Below are positions 21,405 through 32,130 of a stretch of 64,000 bases of DNA, piece by piece. Source of the stretch: an uncultured Holophagae bacterium (GTDB lineage Bacteria; Acidobacteriota; Thermoanaerobaculia; Thermoanaerobaculales; Sulfomarinibacteraceae); contig CAWJPY010000008.1 in assembly GCA_963844865.1 (NCBI GenBank), positions 48,959 to 112,958 of the forward strand. Reading direction: 5' to 3'. Under the pieces are notes generated by a model that ran no database searches, was not told the origin of the DNA, and saw only the letters and a list, made by a program, of their open reading frames with translations. The position numbers and the translations under genes are program-made. Each line of letters starts with the position of its first letter. The first letter of the stretch is position 1.

Positions 21405-23574
21405 TCAGGCCTTCTCCGCCTCCGCCATCCCCTTCCGCACGCGCTCCGCGTCGAGGGGGAGGCGGCGCACCCTGGCCCCCGTCGCGTCGAACACGGCGTT
21501 GGCCACGGCGGCGCCCACCACGACGATGGCCGGCTCCCCGCCCCCCTGGGGCGGATCGTTGCGGGCGTCGACGATCACCGTCTCGATCTCAGGCAGCCAC
21601 GAGAAACGAGGGATCTCGTAGGTGTCGAAGTTGTCGTCCAGGACGCGGCCGCCCTCGAATCGCACGTCCTCGGCCAGGGCGTATCCCAGCCCCATGGTCA
21701 GGCAGCCCTCCATCTGGATGGTGGCGCCCTCCGGGTTGATGGCCAGACCCATGTCCTGGGCGCACACCATCCGCTTCACCCGCACCCGTCCGGAGGCCTC
21801 GTCGACGGCCACCTCCACGGCCAAGGCCACCGAGGTGCCGGCGTCGATGCCGCAGGCCACCCCGACTCCCCGACCGCTGGGCGCCGGCGCCGGCTTCCAG
21901 CCGAACCTCTTGGCCGCGGTCTCGAGCACCCGTCGCATCTTCTTCTCGGCGAGGTGGGCGAGGCGGAACTCCACGGGGTCCATCCCGGCGGCGGCAGCCA
22001 GCGCGTCCACATGGGACTCCCTGGCGAAGGTGTTGGTGTTGTTGCCGGGCGCCCGCCACGCGCCGGTGGCGAACGGGTGCGCCCCCGGGACCCCTCTCCA
22101 GCCCGAGGGCGACGCCACCGTCCGGTGGTTGGGGATGGCGTAGAACTGCGCCGCGCCGCGCTCGCCGGCGAAATAGGTGATGTAGTCCCAGTACGCGATG
22201 CGCCCGTCCTCGCCCAGCCCGGCATCGATCTTCACCACCGCCGCCGGTCGGAAGGTGTCGAGGAAGAACTCCTCCGCCCGGCTCCAGCAGACCTGGACCG
22301 GTCGGCCCGTGGCCTTGGCCAGCCATGCCGCCTCCAGGGCCTGCTGGTTGAAGCTCTTCCCGCCGAACCCACCGCCCACGAACGGCGGCTTCACATGCAC
22401 CTGCTCTTCCCTCAGACCAAGCTCCTGGGCCGCCTGCGCACGCAGGGGAAACGGCGTCTGGGTGGAGGCCCAGATGGTGAGGCGACCGTCGGCAAGGTGG
22501 GCTACAGCCGTGTGGGTCTCGATGGCCGCGTGGGCCTTGTAGCCGTCCTCGTACGTGGCGGCGATCCTGGTCGCGGCGGCGGCGCGACCCGCCTTCAGGT
22601 CGCCTCCGGCGGCCACCTCCTCACCCGCGGGGGCCACCTCGAGGAGATGGTCGAAGATCGTGTCCGGGTCGAGGGAGGAGGTGGGCACGTCCCACCTCGC
22701 CTTCACCTGCTCGAGAGCCCGCTCGGCGCCGTCCGGAGTGGAGTGCAGCACCGCCACCCGGTCACCGTCCCGCACAACCTTCGCGCCCTCCACGTCGGCA
22801 ACTCCCGCGAGGTCTACCCCGAGCAGCTTGGCGCCATGGGCCGGGGGACGCAGCAGGCACGCGTACAGCATCTCCGGCAGCCGGATGTCGCCGGAGTATT
22901 GGGCTTGACCGGTGACCTTGATTTCGGCGTCTCGGCGGGCGACGGGCTTCCCGACCACCGTGAAGCTCGACACCGACTCCAGCACCGCCTTGCGGTCGAG
23001 GTGGCGCGTGATGCGCTGCCCCTTGGCGAGCTCGGCATAGGTCACGCGGCGGGTCGGATCCCTCCGGTCGAAGACCTTGCCGTCCTCCACCTCGAGACGC
23101 TCCGTCGGCACCTCGAGACGCTCGGCCGCGAGCTCCATCAGCACCTCCCGCGCCTCCGCCGCCGCCGCCCGCAGCGGCGGTCCGAAGAAGCGGGTGGTCA
23201 TGCGAGCCGAAGGTGCCCATGTCCCAGGGGCAGAGGTCGGTGTCGCCCATGACCATGTCCACCGACTTCCAGCGGCACCTCGAGCTCGTCGGCGAGCTCC
23301 TGGGCGAGCGAGGTGATCACGCCCCTGCCCCATCTCGATCTTGCCGGTGAAGCAGGTCGACCCGCCCGTCCTCGCCGATCCGCAGGAAGGCGTTGAAGTC
23401 AGTCGGCAGCTCGCGTCCGAGGCGAGGCCGGACGGGCTCCTCCTGGGCCAGCAGATCCCCGGCCGAGATGGTGATGATGATGCCGCCGCCGAGCACCTTC
23501 AGAAAGTCGCGGCGACTCACCGGCGGCGGCGGATCGAGGTCGAGGTGGTGCAGGATGTCGTCGTAGCTGCTCAT
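21405..23574 (-). CDS. Xanthine dehydrogenase family molybdopterin-binding subunit (IorB-like; frameshifts 23200-23370)
   Basis: Tat-like SRRDFLK; KIEMGRG, GTFGS, GGGFGGK, WRAPG, QMEG, GGGEP. Confidence 0.9.
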
Positions 23575-24054
23575 GACCGTCCCCCTTCGCGCATCTTGAG
23601 CGCTGCGCTCTCGATGGCGCGTGACGATCCTGGTGTGGGCCCCGCAGCGGCAGAGGTTGCCCTCCATGCCGTCCACGATCTCCTGCCGCGACGGCTGCGG
23701 ATTGGACCGCAGGAGGCTGTAGGCGTTGAGGATCATGCCGGGCGTACAGAAGCCGCACTGCAGGGCGTCGTGCTCGGCGAAGGCGGCCTGCAAGGGATGC
23801 AGCACCCCGTCGGTGGCCAGCCCTTCGATGGTCGTCACCTTCTTCCCCGCCACCTTGGCCACGGGAAGCTGGCACGAACGCACCGCCTCCCCGTCCACGA
23901 TGACGGTGCACGCTCCACACAGCCCTTCTCCGCAGCCGTACTTGGTGCCCGTGAGCCCGAGCTCGGTGCGCAGCACCCACAGCAACATCCGTTGGTCGTC
24001 CACCTCCACGTGGACTCCCTCGCCGTTCAGCGTGAATCCGATCCTTCGCTTCAT
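23571..24054 (-). CDS. 2[2Fe-2S] subunit (IorA/CoxS-like; frameshift near the 3' end)
   Basis: GTKYGCGEGLCGACTV and QCGFCTPG...NLCRCG; ATGA overlap with the large subunit. Confidence 0.95.
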
Positions 24055-24285
24055 CCCGCCTCCTCCCGCGTCCCCGGGGCCGCCTCGAAGACGTTCCACC
24101 CCGTTCCGACACGCCCCGGTGAGCGATCCTACCACCCACCATCCACCGGGTTGGACGGACGGCATGCGCACTGCGAGCGCCCACGGCACACCCCCCGAAA
24201 AGGCCTGGGACCCCAGGCCGCGGCGGCGAACGATGCCGCCGCGGACCCGGGGTCCCATGAGGTTGTCGATTGACTCGTCGAGAGG

Positions 24286-27072
24286 TCAGTACCGCCGGCG
24301 GCCGCCCGGTCGACGATAGCTGTGTCCCTCGTCTTCGCTTCCGATGCGGATGGCGCCCGAGCTCTCGCACTGGGCGCCGCCCGCGGTGGCGCTCATGGTC
24401 CAGTCGAAGATGCCACGGTCGGAGTAAGAGTGGCTCACCTCGTTCCCCTGGGCCGCGCTGCTGCCGTCACCGAAGTCCCAGGAGAGCACGGGGGTGGGGC
24501 ATCCCTCCCCCTGCGCCTCGCCGTGGAAGGTCACGGGTCGGCCCCGCCGGCCCCATCGCGGCACCTCTGCGGTGCAGGTCAGGGTGCAGGACGGCGCCGC
24601 CTGGATCTCGATGACGCCGGAGCGCGTGCAGGTGTCACCGTCCGCGGTCACCGTCAGGGTCCAGGTGTAGCTCCCGGCCGACGCATAGGTGTGCGTGGGG
24701 TTCTGCGAGCTCCCGTTCGGGCTGCCGTCGCCGAAGTCCCAGGTGTAGCTCACCTGGCCACCGCAGCTCGAGCTCCCCGTCGCCGAGAAGCTCACCGCCT
24801 CGCCGGCGGTCCCCGTCCCGGCACGGTCGCGCCGCACTCGACCGTGCAGGCGGGCGCCGCCTGGACCTCGATGACGCCGGAGCGCGTGCAGGTGCCGCCG
24901 TCCGCGGTTACCGTGAGGGTCCAGGTGTAGCTCCCGGCCGACGCGTAGGTGTGTGTGGGGTTCTGCGAGCTCCCGTTCGGGCTGCCGTCGCCGAAGTCCC
25001 AGGTGTAGCTCACCTGGCCGCCGCAGCTCGAGCTCCCCGTCGCCGAGAAGGTCACCGCCTCGCCGGCGGTCCCCGTCCCGGGCACGGTCGCGCCGCACTC
25101 AACCGTGCAGCCTGCGCCGCCTCCCACGTTCACGGTGACCGTCGCCAGGTTGGAGTCGGTGGAGCCGTCCCAGGCGGCGTAGGTGAAGGTCTCGGTGCCG
25201 GCTGAAGCCGGCCGGTGGGAAGTAGGTCGCCTGGCGTCCCATCAGGCCCACCGTGCCGTTGTGCGGGCTGGGAGACGATCCGGAGCTGGAGCGTGTCGCC
25301 GTCCGGATCCGACGCCTGGAGCGCGACGCCCACCGGCGTGACCCTGCGCGGTCGTCGCCGCGAGGTCGCTGACCACGGCCGGCTGGTTGCGGTTCCGGCT
25401 CTCCGAGCTCGGGCCGTTGTGGCAGGTGTAGCAGCCGATCTGGAAGCCGCGCCAGAAGGTCTTGTCGCCGAACTCGGTCCGCACTGCCCGATCGCCCTGG
25501 GCGCGCGAGAGCACGGTCCCGCGGTAGTCGGTGCCGTGGCACGCCTGGCACTGCTGCCGGTTGTGCTCGGCGGCCGACGTCGTGGCGGCTCACCCAGTCC
25601 TGCCCGACCGGGTGCATGCCGTGGGGACCGCCCGAGGTCGTCTGCGGCGTGGTCTGGTGGCAGGTGGTGCAGTCCACGAGGGTCCCCACGTGGCCCTGGA
25701 GCTGCAGGCTCTGCAGGTTGTCGTTGAGGTGGCTGGTGGGGAAGATCGCGTGGGTGGAGCCGTGGCAGGCCTCACACTGCAGCCCGCCGTGCCCCGTGGA
25801 GAAGCGGAACAGGGAGGTGCCGGCCATGGGCGTGTTGGGGTTGGTGGCGAAGGTTGAGTCCACCGCCTGCCGGTGCTGCCCGTTGCTGTCGAACGTGCTC
25901 GTGTACCGGATCTGCCCGTTGTTGTTGGTGGCGGTGCCGGTGTGGCACTGCTGGCAGGTGGGCTCGTCGAACCAGCCCGCCCTCCCGGTGGCGCCCACGT
26001 CGCTCATCACGCCGTGACAGCTCTGGCACTGCATGGCCAGGCTGCCGTCGCTGGCCACCGCGTTGCCCATGGCGCCCCGCAGGCAGCGGGTCTCCGAGCC
26101 CGGGTGGCAGGTGTAGCAGGCGGTGCGGTTGTCCGAGGCGTTCAGCACCATCCCGTTGGCGGGGTTCACCACCCCGGCGTGGGATGCGTGCAGGGCCTCG
26201 GTGAGGGGCTTCACGCCCGCCTGGCCCGTGCCCGGCAGCGCATTGGAGCCGTGGCAGGCGGCGCACAGCACGGCGGTGCCGTCGCCGGTGGCGGTGGCGT
26301 ACAGGCCCGACGAGTTGTACCCGGCACCGTTCAGCGCGGCCGCGAAGGCCGGGTTCCCGGCCTGCCTGTCATCGTGCAGGAGCAGGATGTTGAGCCGGAA
26401 GTCGCGCTCCGGATCCGGGTCGCTCACCCATCCCCCGTCGGGGCGGGCGGCACTTTCGGTTCCCGATCCGTGGCAGGCGATGCAGGTCATCTCGTCCGAC
26501 ACCGGCAACACGATGTCGGTCGTGGCCAGCACGTCGCCGCTGGCGTCGCGCGCCACCAGGTGCATGACCGGGTAGTAGTTCTTGTTGTGGCTGTCGTCAT
26601 AGGGCGTCAGCGGGATCCCCTCCGCAGTGAACCACGACAGCTCCGGCTCGAAGTGCATCTCCTGCGGCTGGTTCGTCGCTCCCGGCATATTGAAGCCGGC
26701 CAGGCCCTCGTTGGTCGCCAGGTCGACGCCGAACAGGGCCAGCACATGGTCCCAGAAGTTGGTCTTTCCGGCGGAGGTGGTGTTGATCGACCCGTCCGGG
26801 TCCGCGATCCCCTCATACGTCACCGTGATGCCGGCGGCGGCCGTCACCAGCTCACCGTCCGGTCCCACGAGCTGGGCGTGGATCGTGTTGTAGGGAGGAA
26901 GGATGCTGAACACGCCGAAGTCCGCATCCATGCAGTGCATGCCCAGGTCGTTCCAGCCGATCAAGGTCCACCCGCTCTGGGCGGCCGCCGGCGTCGCGAC
27001 CACCAACAGACCCAACAGGATCACCACACCGGTCGTGAGTCCTGTCCACGTTCGCCTTCGGTCCGTCTTCAT
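24286..27072 (-). CDS. Secreted nine-heme c-type cytochrome with Ig-like and three PKD domains (several frameshifts)
   Basis: Signal peptide; GWNDLGMHC; CIACH, CAACH, CYTCH, CQSCH, CQQCH, CEACH, CTTCH, CQACH, CYTCH; ASDPDGD Ig-like domain; YTWDFGDG x2 and SWDFGDG. Confidence 0.88.
24584..25104 (-). repeat. Near-identical intragenic tandem duplication (two PKD units, 261-nt period)
   Basis: Units start at 24584, 24844 and 25105; the 260-nt unit lacks one base, which explains the frameshift. Confidence 0.9.
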
Positions 27073-27097
27073 GAAACCCTCCTTTCGCTATATGCGA

Positions 27098-27127
27098 AAT
27101 TGGTGATACCACCATCACGTAATTGGT
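27098..27127. promoter_or_regulatory. AT-rich putative operator upstream of the multiheme gene
   Basis: AATTGGT direct repeat 23 nt apart enclosing the palindrome GTGAT-N6-ATCAC. Confidence 0.35.
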
Positions 27128-27376
27128 AATGGTTAGCAATAGCCGTCCGTGACCACGGTCACCAGCGACGCATGTGCGCCCCTGACCACGTTTCCGTACT
27201 GTGACCCCGGTCCCCATTTCGGGCCGCGACACCCCCGGCCGAGACCGTGAGACCACCGAGAGCCGGCACCGATCCCTGGCCCGGGGAGCAGCCTGGTCAC
27301 GGGGCGGCGGGATCTGTCACACTTCCGCCTACAGAGCGGCAGCCTGGTCCAGAGGACGGACGGCGAGGAGCTCAAC

Positions 27377-28979
27377 ATGGACAGACGACGGGCGCTCGAG
27401 GTGCTCGACGCCTTTCACGATCACTGGGACGTGCTCGTCATCGGCGGCGGGGCCACCGGCCTCGGCACGGCGGTGGACGCCGCCGCCCGTGGGTACCGCA
27501 CCCTGCTCCTGGAGCAGAGCGACTTCGCGAAGGGCACCTCCAGCCGCAGCACGAAGCTGGTCCACGGGGGGGTGCGCTACCTCCGCCAGGGCAACGTGTC
27601 CCTGGTGCTGGAGGCGCTGCACGAGCGCGGGATCATGGCGCGCAACGCCCCCCACCTGGTCCGCAACCAGGCCTTCATCGTCCCCGTGTACGACTGGTGG
27701 GAGGGCCCCTTCTACGGCATCGGCCTGCAGGGTGTACGACATGCTCGCCGGCGATCTCGGCATCGCGCCGTCCAGGAACCTGTCCCGCGACGAGACCCTG
27801 GACCGCATCCCGAACCTGGAGGCCGAGGGCCTGCGGGGAGGCGTCATCTACTACGACGGCCAGTTCGACGATGCGCGCCTCGCCGTCAATCTCGCCCAGA
27901 CCGCCACCGAGCGCGGGGCGACCGTCCTCAACTACATGCCGGTCATCGGCCTGCTGAAGGCGGGCGGCATGGTGGCCGGCGTGCGGGCGCGAGACGCCGA
28001 GTCCGACGCCACCTACGCGATCCACGCCCGGGTCGTGGTGAACGCCACCGGCGTGTTCACCGACCAGGTGCTGCGCATGGACGACGCCGACGCCCGATCC
28101 ATCGTGTCACCGAGCCAGGGCACGCACCTCGTGCTGGGCAGGGAGTTTTTGCCCGGAGACACCGCGATCATGGTGCCCCACACCACGGACGGCCGCGTCC
28201 TGTTCGCCGTGCCCTGGCACGACCGCGTCGTGCTCGGCACCACCGACGTGCCCATGACGGAGACGACCCTGGAGCCTCGCCCACTCCCCGAGGAGGTCGC
28301 CTTCATCCTCGACAACGCCGCCCGGTACATGACCAAGGACCCGACCCCGGGCGACGTCCTGAGCGCCTTCGCCGGCCTCCGGCCCCTCATCTCGTTGGGC
28401 GACGACGAGGATACCGCCAAGCTCTCCCGCGACCACTCGGTGCTGGTCTCTGCCTCCGGCCTGGTCACCATCACCGGCGGCAAGTGGACCACCTACCGCA
28501 GGATGGCCCAGGACGCCGTGGACCGCGCCGCCATGGTTGGAGGGCTCCTCCCCCATCCCTGCACCACCGAGACCCTCAGGATCCACGGCTGGCTGGAGGA
28601 TCCGGTCCCGGAGGACCCGCTGCGCCTCTACGGGGCCGACTCGCCGCAGCTGCGGGACCTCATGGACCGGGACTCCAGCCTCCGCAAGCGGGTCCACGAC
28701 CGCCTGCCGCTCACCGGCGCCCAGGTGGTGTGGGCCGTGCGGCAGGAGATGGCCCGGACGGTGGAGGACGTGCTCGCCCGTCGGTGCCGGGCCTTACTGC
28801 TGGACGCCGCGGCGGCCGTCGAGGCCGCGCCGGCGGTGGCCGCCCTCATGGCGCGCGAGCTGCGGCACGGTCGGCGCTGGCAGCGCGACCAGGTCGCGGC
28901 GTTCGCCGCCCTCGCGCAGGGCTACCGCGTCGAGCCTCCTGCGGTCGGATCTCCAGCTTCTTCCGAAGTGCCTGCCTGA
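27377..28979 (+). CDS. glpD: FAD-dependent glycerol-3-phosphate dehydrogenase (frameshift near 27730)
   Basis: IGGGATG, GTSSRSTKLVHGGVRYL, YYDGQFDDARL, AGLRPL, GGKWTTYR. Confidence 0.93.
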
Positions 28980-29081
28980 TCTCCGTCCCTGCCGCCGGCG
29001 GCACGCCACACCGCAGGGAATATCGCGGACGCGGTCCAGTTCTCTGGTAATGAGAGCCATTCTCTAGAATGGAGGTTGGGT

Positions 29082-29348
29082 ATGCAGTTCATGGTTCAGT
29101 TCACTCTGAGGCCCGCCAGCCGCTCCACGGCGACCCCGCGCCTCACCACGGCCGGGGGGCCGCCCCCCGATGGGATCACCATGATCGGTGGATGGCACAG
29201 CGCGATCATGGGCGAGGGCTTCAACCTGGTGGAGACCGACGACATCGAGGCACTGGCCGGCTGGTGCGCCCAACGGGCGGACCGCAGCTCGTTCAAGATC
29301 GTGCCCGTCCTCAGCGACCGGGAGGCACGGGAGGCGGCGTCCCGCTGA
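29082..29348 (+). CDS. Small ferredoxin-like-fold protein (DUF3303-like)
   Basis: PPDGITMIGGWH...GFNLVETDD...W...FKIVPVL pattern; RBS GGAGG. Confidence 0.65.
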   Translation: MQFMVQFTLRPASRSTATPRLTTAGGPPPDGITMIGGWHSAIMGEGFNLVETDDIEALAGWCAQRADRSSFKIVPVLSDREAREAASR

Positions 29349-29548
29349 GGATGCGGCGCCCACACACAGCACGGACGGTGCGCTGACGCCGGAGCTGAGA
29401 AGGGGAAATTCTTGTAGCCCCTGGCGCGACCGGACCTCACGGCACACGGTCAGCCGCGGCCGCGGTTGATCGCTCGCGCTGGCTGCCGTCGCTGACTGGC
29501 GACGCCGTCGCGGCTCCTGACCGCGGTCCCGGGGCGTTCCCCGTCCGC

Positions 29549-31735
29549 TCAGGCCCCGCAGTGGTCGGGGCACGCCGGCTGCACCCCCATCTCCCGGAGC
29601 AGCCCGTCGGCGTGCTCCAGACGATCCAGCGTCCACAGCAGGTAGCGCACGTCGACGTGGATGGAGCGCGTCACCGCCGGCAGGAAGTCCCAGTCGGAGA
29701 TCATGCTCTCCCAGTTGCCGTCGAAGAGCAGCCCCACCAGCCGTCCCCTGGCATCCAGGGTGGCCGACCCGGAGTTGCCGCCCGTGGTATCCACGTCGGA
29801 CAGGAAGTCCACCGGCAGCGAGCCGACCTCCTTGGACTCGTAGAGGCCGTAGTCGCGGGAGGCGATGGCCGCGAGCAGCGGCGCCGGAGCGTCGAACGGC
29901 GGCGTCCCCGTGGCCTTCTCCGCCACGCCCTCGGCCGTCGTGAAGGGGAGGTAGGCGACGGCGTCCGCGGGGTGATACCCCTGCACGGTGCCGAAGGTCA
30001 CGCGCAGCGTCCCGTTGGCGTCGGGGTACACCTCCGTGCCCTGCGCCTGCTCGTACGCCAGCAACGCCTCCTCGAAGCGGGGCCGCGCCTCCAGCAGCCG
30101 ACCCTCGACCGCGTCGTCCTCGTCCTCGAGACGCAGGTTGGTGTCGTACATGGCGACCGCGAGCTGAACGAAGGGATCCTCGCTGGCCTCCAGGGTCGCC
30201 CGATCGGCGTCGAGGAGGGCCAGCCGGTGGGCCTTGTTCCCCAGGGCGGTGCCGGCGTACGCCGCGTCGAGGCGGGCTTTGATGACCGCCGTCGGGTCGC
30301 TCCCCTGCGCCAGGCCGAGCCAGCGGTCCAGCACCTGCAAATGCTCCCCCGCCGGAAGGGCCGCGTAGTGCTCCAGGGAGCGAGCCAGCAGGGCCTCGTC
30401 GACCCGGGCATCGTGGCTGCGCGCGGCCCGCGCCACCCGTGCCCGGATGCGGGCCATGTCGCGCTCCTGGTACCCGAGCTTGCGCTGGCCGTCCGGCTTC
30501 TCGCGCTCCCGGGCGAGGCGGTGGGCGGTGGTGGCCGCCGACACGAGCTGGTTGTAGCGCAGGGAGCCGAGCGCCAGGTCGCGCTCGCGGTGGGCCCGCC
30601 CCTCCTGGAGGACCCCCTCCAGGTCCTGGACTGCGTCGCCCCACCGGGCGGTGCGCTGCGGATCGGCGGCGATCCACTTCTGGAGGTCGGCCTCCAGGGC
30701 CCGCTTGCGCGCCACAGAGGTGGAGCGTGCGAAGCCGGCGACCATCCCCTGGGCGTTCTTCATGCGGTTGTTGATGCCGGCCACCGTGGCGGCGTACGCG
30801 AGCGCCGCCTGGGGCCGTCCGGCGGTCTCCCGGTCGATGACCTGGAGCTGCTCCTCCGACCGCGCCACCCGCTGGGGGTAGGTCCACTGGATGGCCTCCT
30901 CGACCTCCGACGCGAGCCGATAGCGGTTGGTCCGCCCCGGGAAGCCCGCCACCATCACGAAGTCGCCGCTGCTCACTCCCTCGGTACCGATCCGCAGCCA
31001 GTGCGCGGGGCGGTAGGGCACGTTTCCAGGCGACGGATCGGCGGGCAGGCCGTCGGGCCCGACGTAGGCGCGGTACATGGAGAAGTCGCCGGTGTGGCGG
31101 GGCCACATCCAGTTGTCGACGTCACCCCCGTACTTGCCGATGGAGGACGGCGGCGCGTACACCAGGCGCACGTCCCGGATCGCGAGCTGGTCATAGAGGC
31201 GATACTGCAGGCCGCCGTAGAAGGAGGCCACCTTGCAGCGGTGACCGGGCGCGGCCTCGCACTCCGCGATGAGGTTCTTCTCGGCGTCCTCGAGGGCGGT
31301 GACACGGGCCTTCCCGTGGACGTCGGCCGACGCGGCCTGCATCCGTCCGGTGACATCGGAGACCGCGAGGGTCACGTACACCCGGGAGCCGGGCGCCGCC
31401 GGCAGCTCCTCCCCCCGCTCCCGCGCCAAGAACCCTTCCTGGAGGAGGTTGCGCTCGGGCGTGGAGTTGTACTGGATGGTGCCGTAGGCACAGTGGTGAT
31501 TGGTCACCACCAACCCCTCCGGCGAGATGAACGACGCCGAGCACCCACCCAGGGACACGATGGCGCCCATGGGATCTCCGGTGACGTCGGCAAGCGTCTC
31601 GGGCGCGACCTCGAGTCCCGCCGCCCTCAGACGAGCGCCAATCTTCGGAAGCTGCTCGGGAAGCCACATGCCCTCCACGGCCCAGCCGAGCGGGGCCGCA
31701 GTGACCGCCAGAAGGAAGAGTATCGTTGCCCGCAT
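29549..31735 (-). CDS. S46 family dipeptidyl peptidase (DPP7/DPP11-like)
   Basis: EGMWLP, GGCSASFIS, TNHHC, NWMWPRHTGDF, TTGGNSGS. Confidence 0.95.
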   Translation of the reverse strand: MRATILFLLAVTAAPLGWAVEGMWLPEQLPKIGARLRAAGLEVAPETLADVTGDPMGAIVSLGGCSASFISPEGLVVTNHHCAYGTIQYNSTPERNLLQEGFLARERGEELPAAPGSRVYVTLAVSDVTGRMQAASADVHGKARVTALEDAEKNLIAECEAAPGHRCKVASFYGGLQYRLYDQLAIRDVRLVYAPPSSIGKYGGDVDNWMWPRHTGDFSMYRAYVGPDGLPADPSPGNVPYRPAHWLRIGTEGVSSGDFVMVAGFPGRTNRYRLASEVEEAIQWTYPQRVARSEEQLQVIDRETAGRPQAALAYAATVAGINNRMKNAQGMVAGFARSTSVARKRALEADLQKWIAADPQRTARWGDAVQDLEGVLQEGRAHRERDLALGSLRYNQLVSAATTAHRLAREREKPDGQRKLGYQERDMARIRARVARAARSHDARVDEALLARSLEHYAALPAGEHLQVLDRWLGLAQGSDPTAVIKARLDAAYAGTALGNKAHRLALLDADRATLEASEDPFVQLAVAMYDTNLRLEDEDDAVEGRLLEARPRFEEALLAYEQAQGTEVYPDANGTLRVTFGTVQGYHPADAVAYLPFTTAEGVAEKATGTPPFDAPAPLLAAIASRDYGLYESKEVGSLPVDFLSDVDTTGGNSGSATLDARGRLVGLLFDGNWESMISDWDFLPAVTRSIHVDVRYLLWTLDRLEHADGLLREMGVQPACPDHCGA

Positions 31736-32130
31736 TGAGACGCCCTCCACGATCTCGATATGGCGCCGTTGTCGACACCGCCCGCCACTCTAGCAGAGCG
31801 GTGGAGGGCGAGGCCGGCTCCTACGCTCGACCCTGTGACGGAGGCCACCGTGCGGGACGGCGCCGCGCCTGCTCCCCTGAGGAGCCTCGCGCTCGATCCG
31901 GGTGATGTCTCATGCGCTGCCAGGGAGTCACTCGGAGACGGTGGGCCGATTCGGCCCAGGCGACATGCTGAGCACGGCGCGCGGCAGGCGATGGATCTGT
32001 GCCGCCGTCACACGGCCTCAGCCTCCACGGCACCGAGACGCTCGGTGACGAGGAGCGGTCCGTCCTCGGAACCCCGCGCTGCCCTGCTATGATCCGGGGG
32101 CATGACGCCTGAGCGCGAGGAAGTGAGGCG

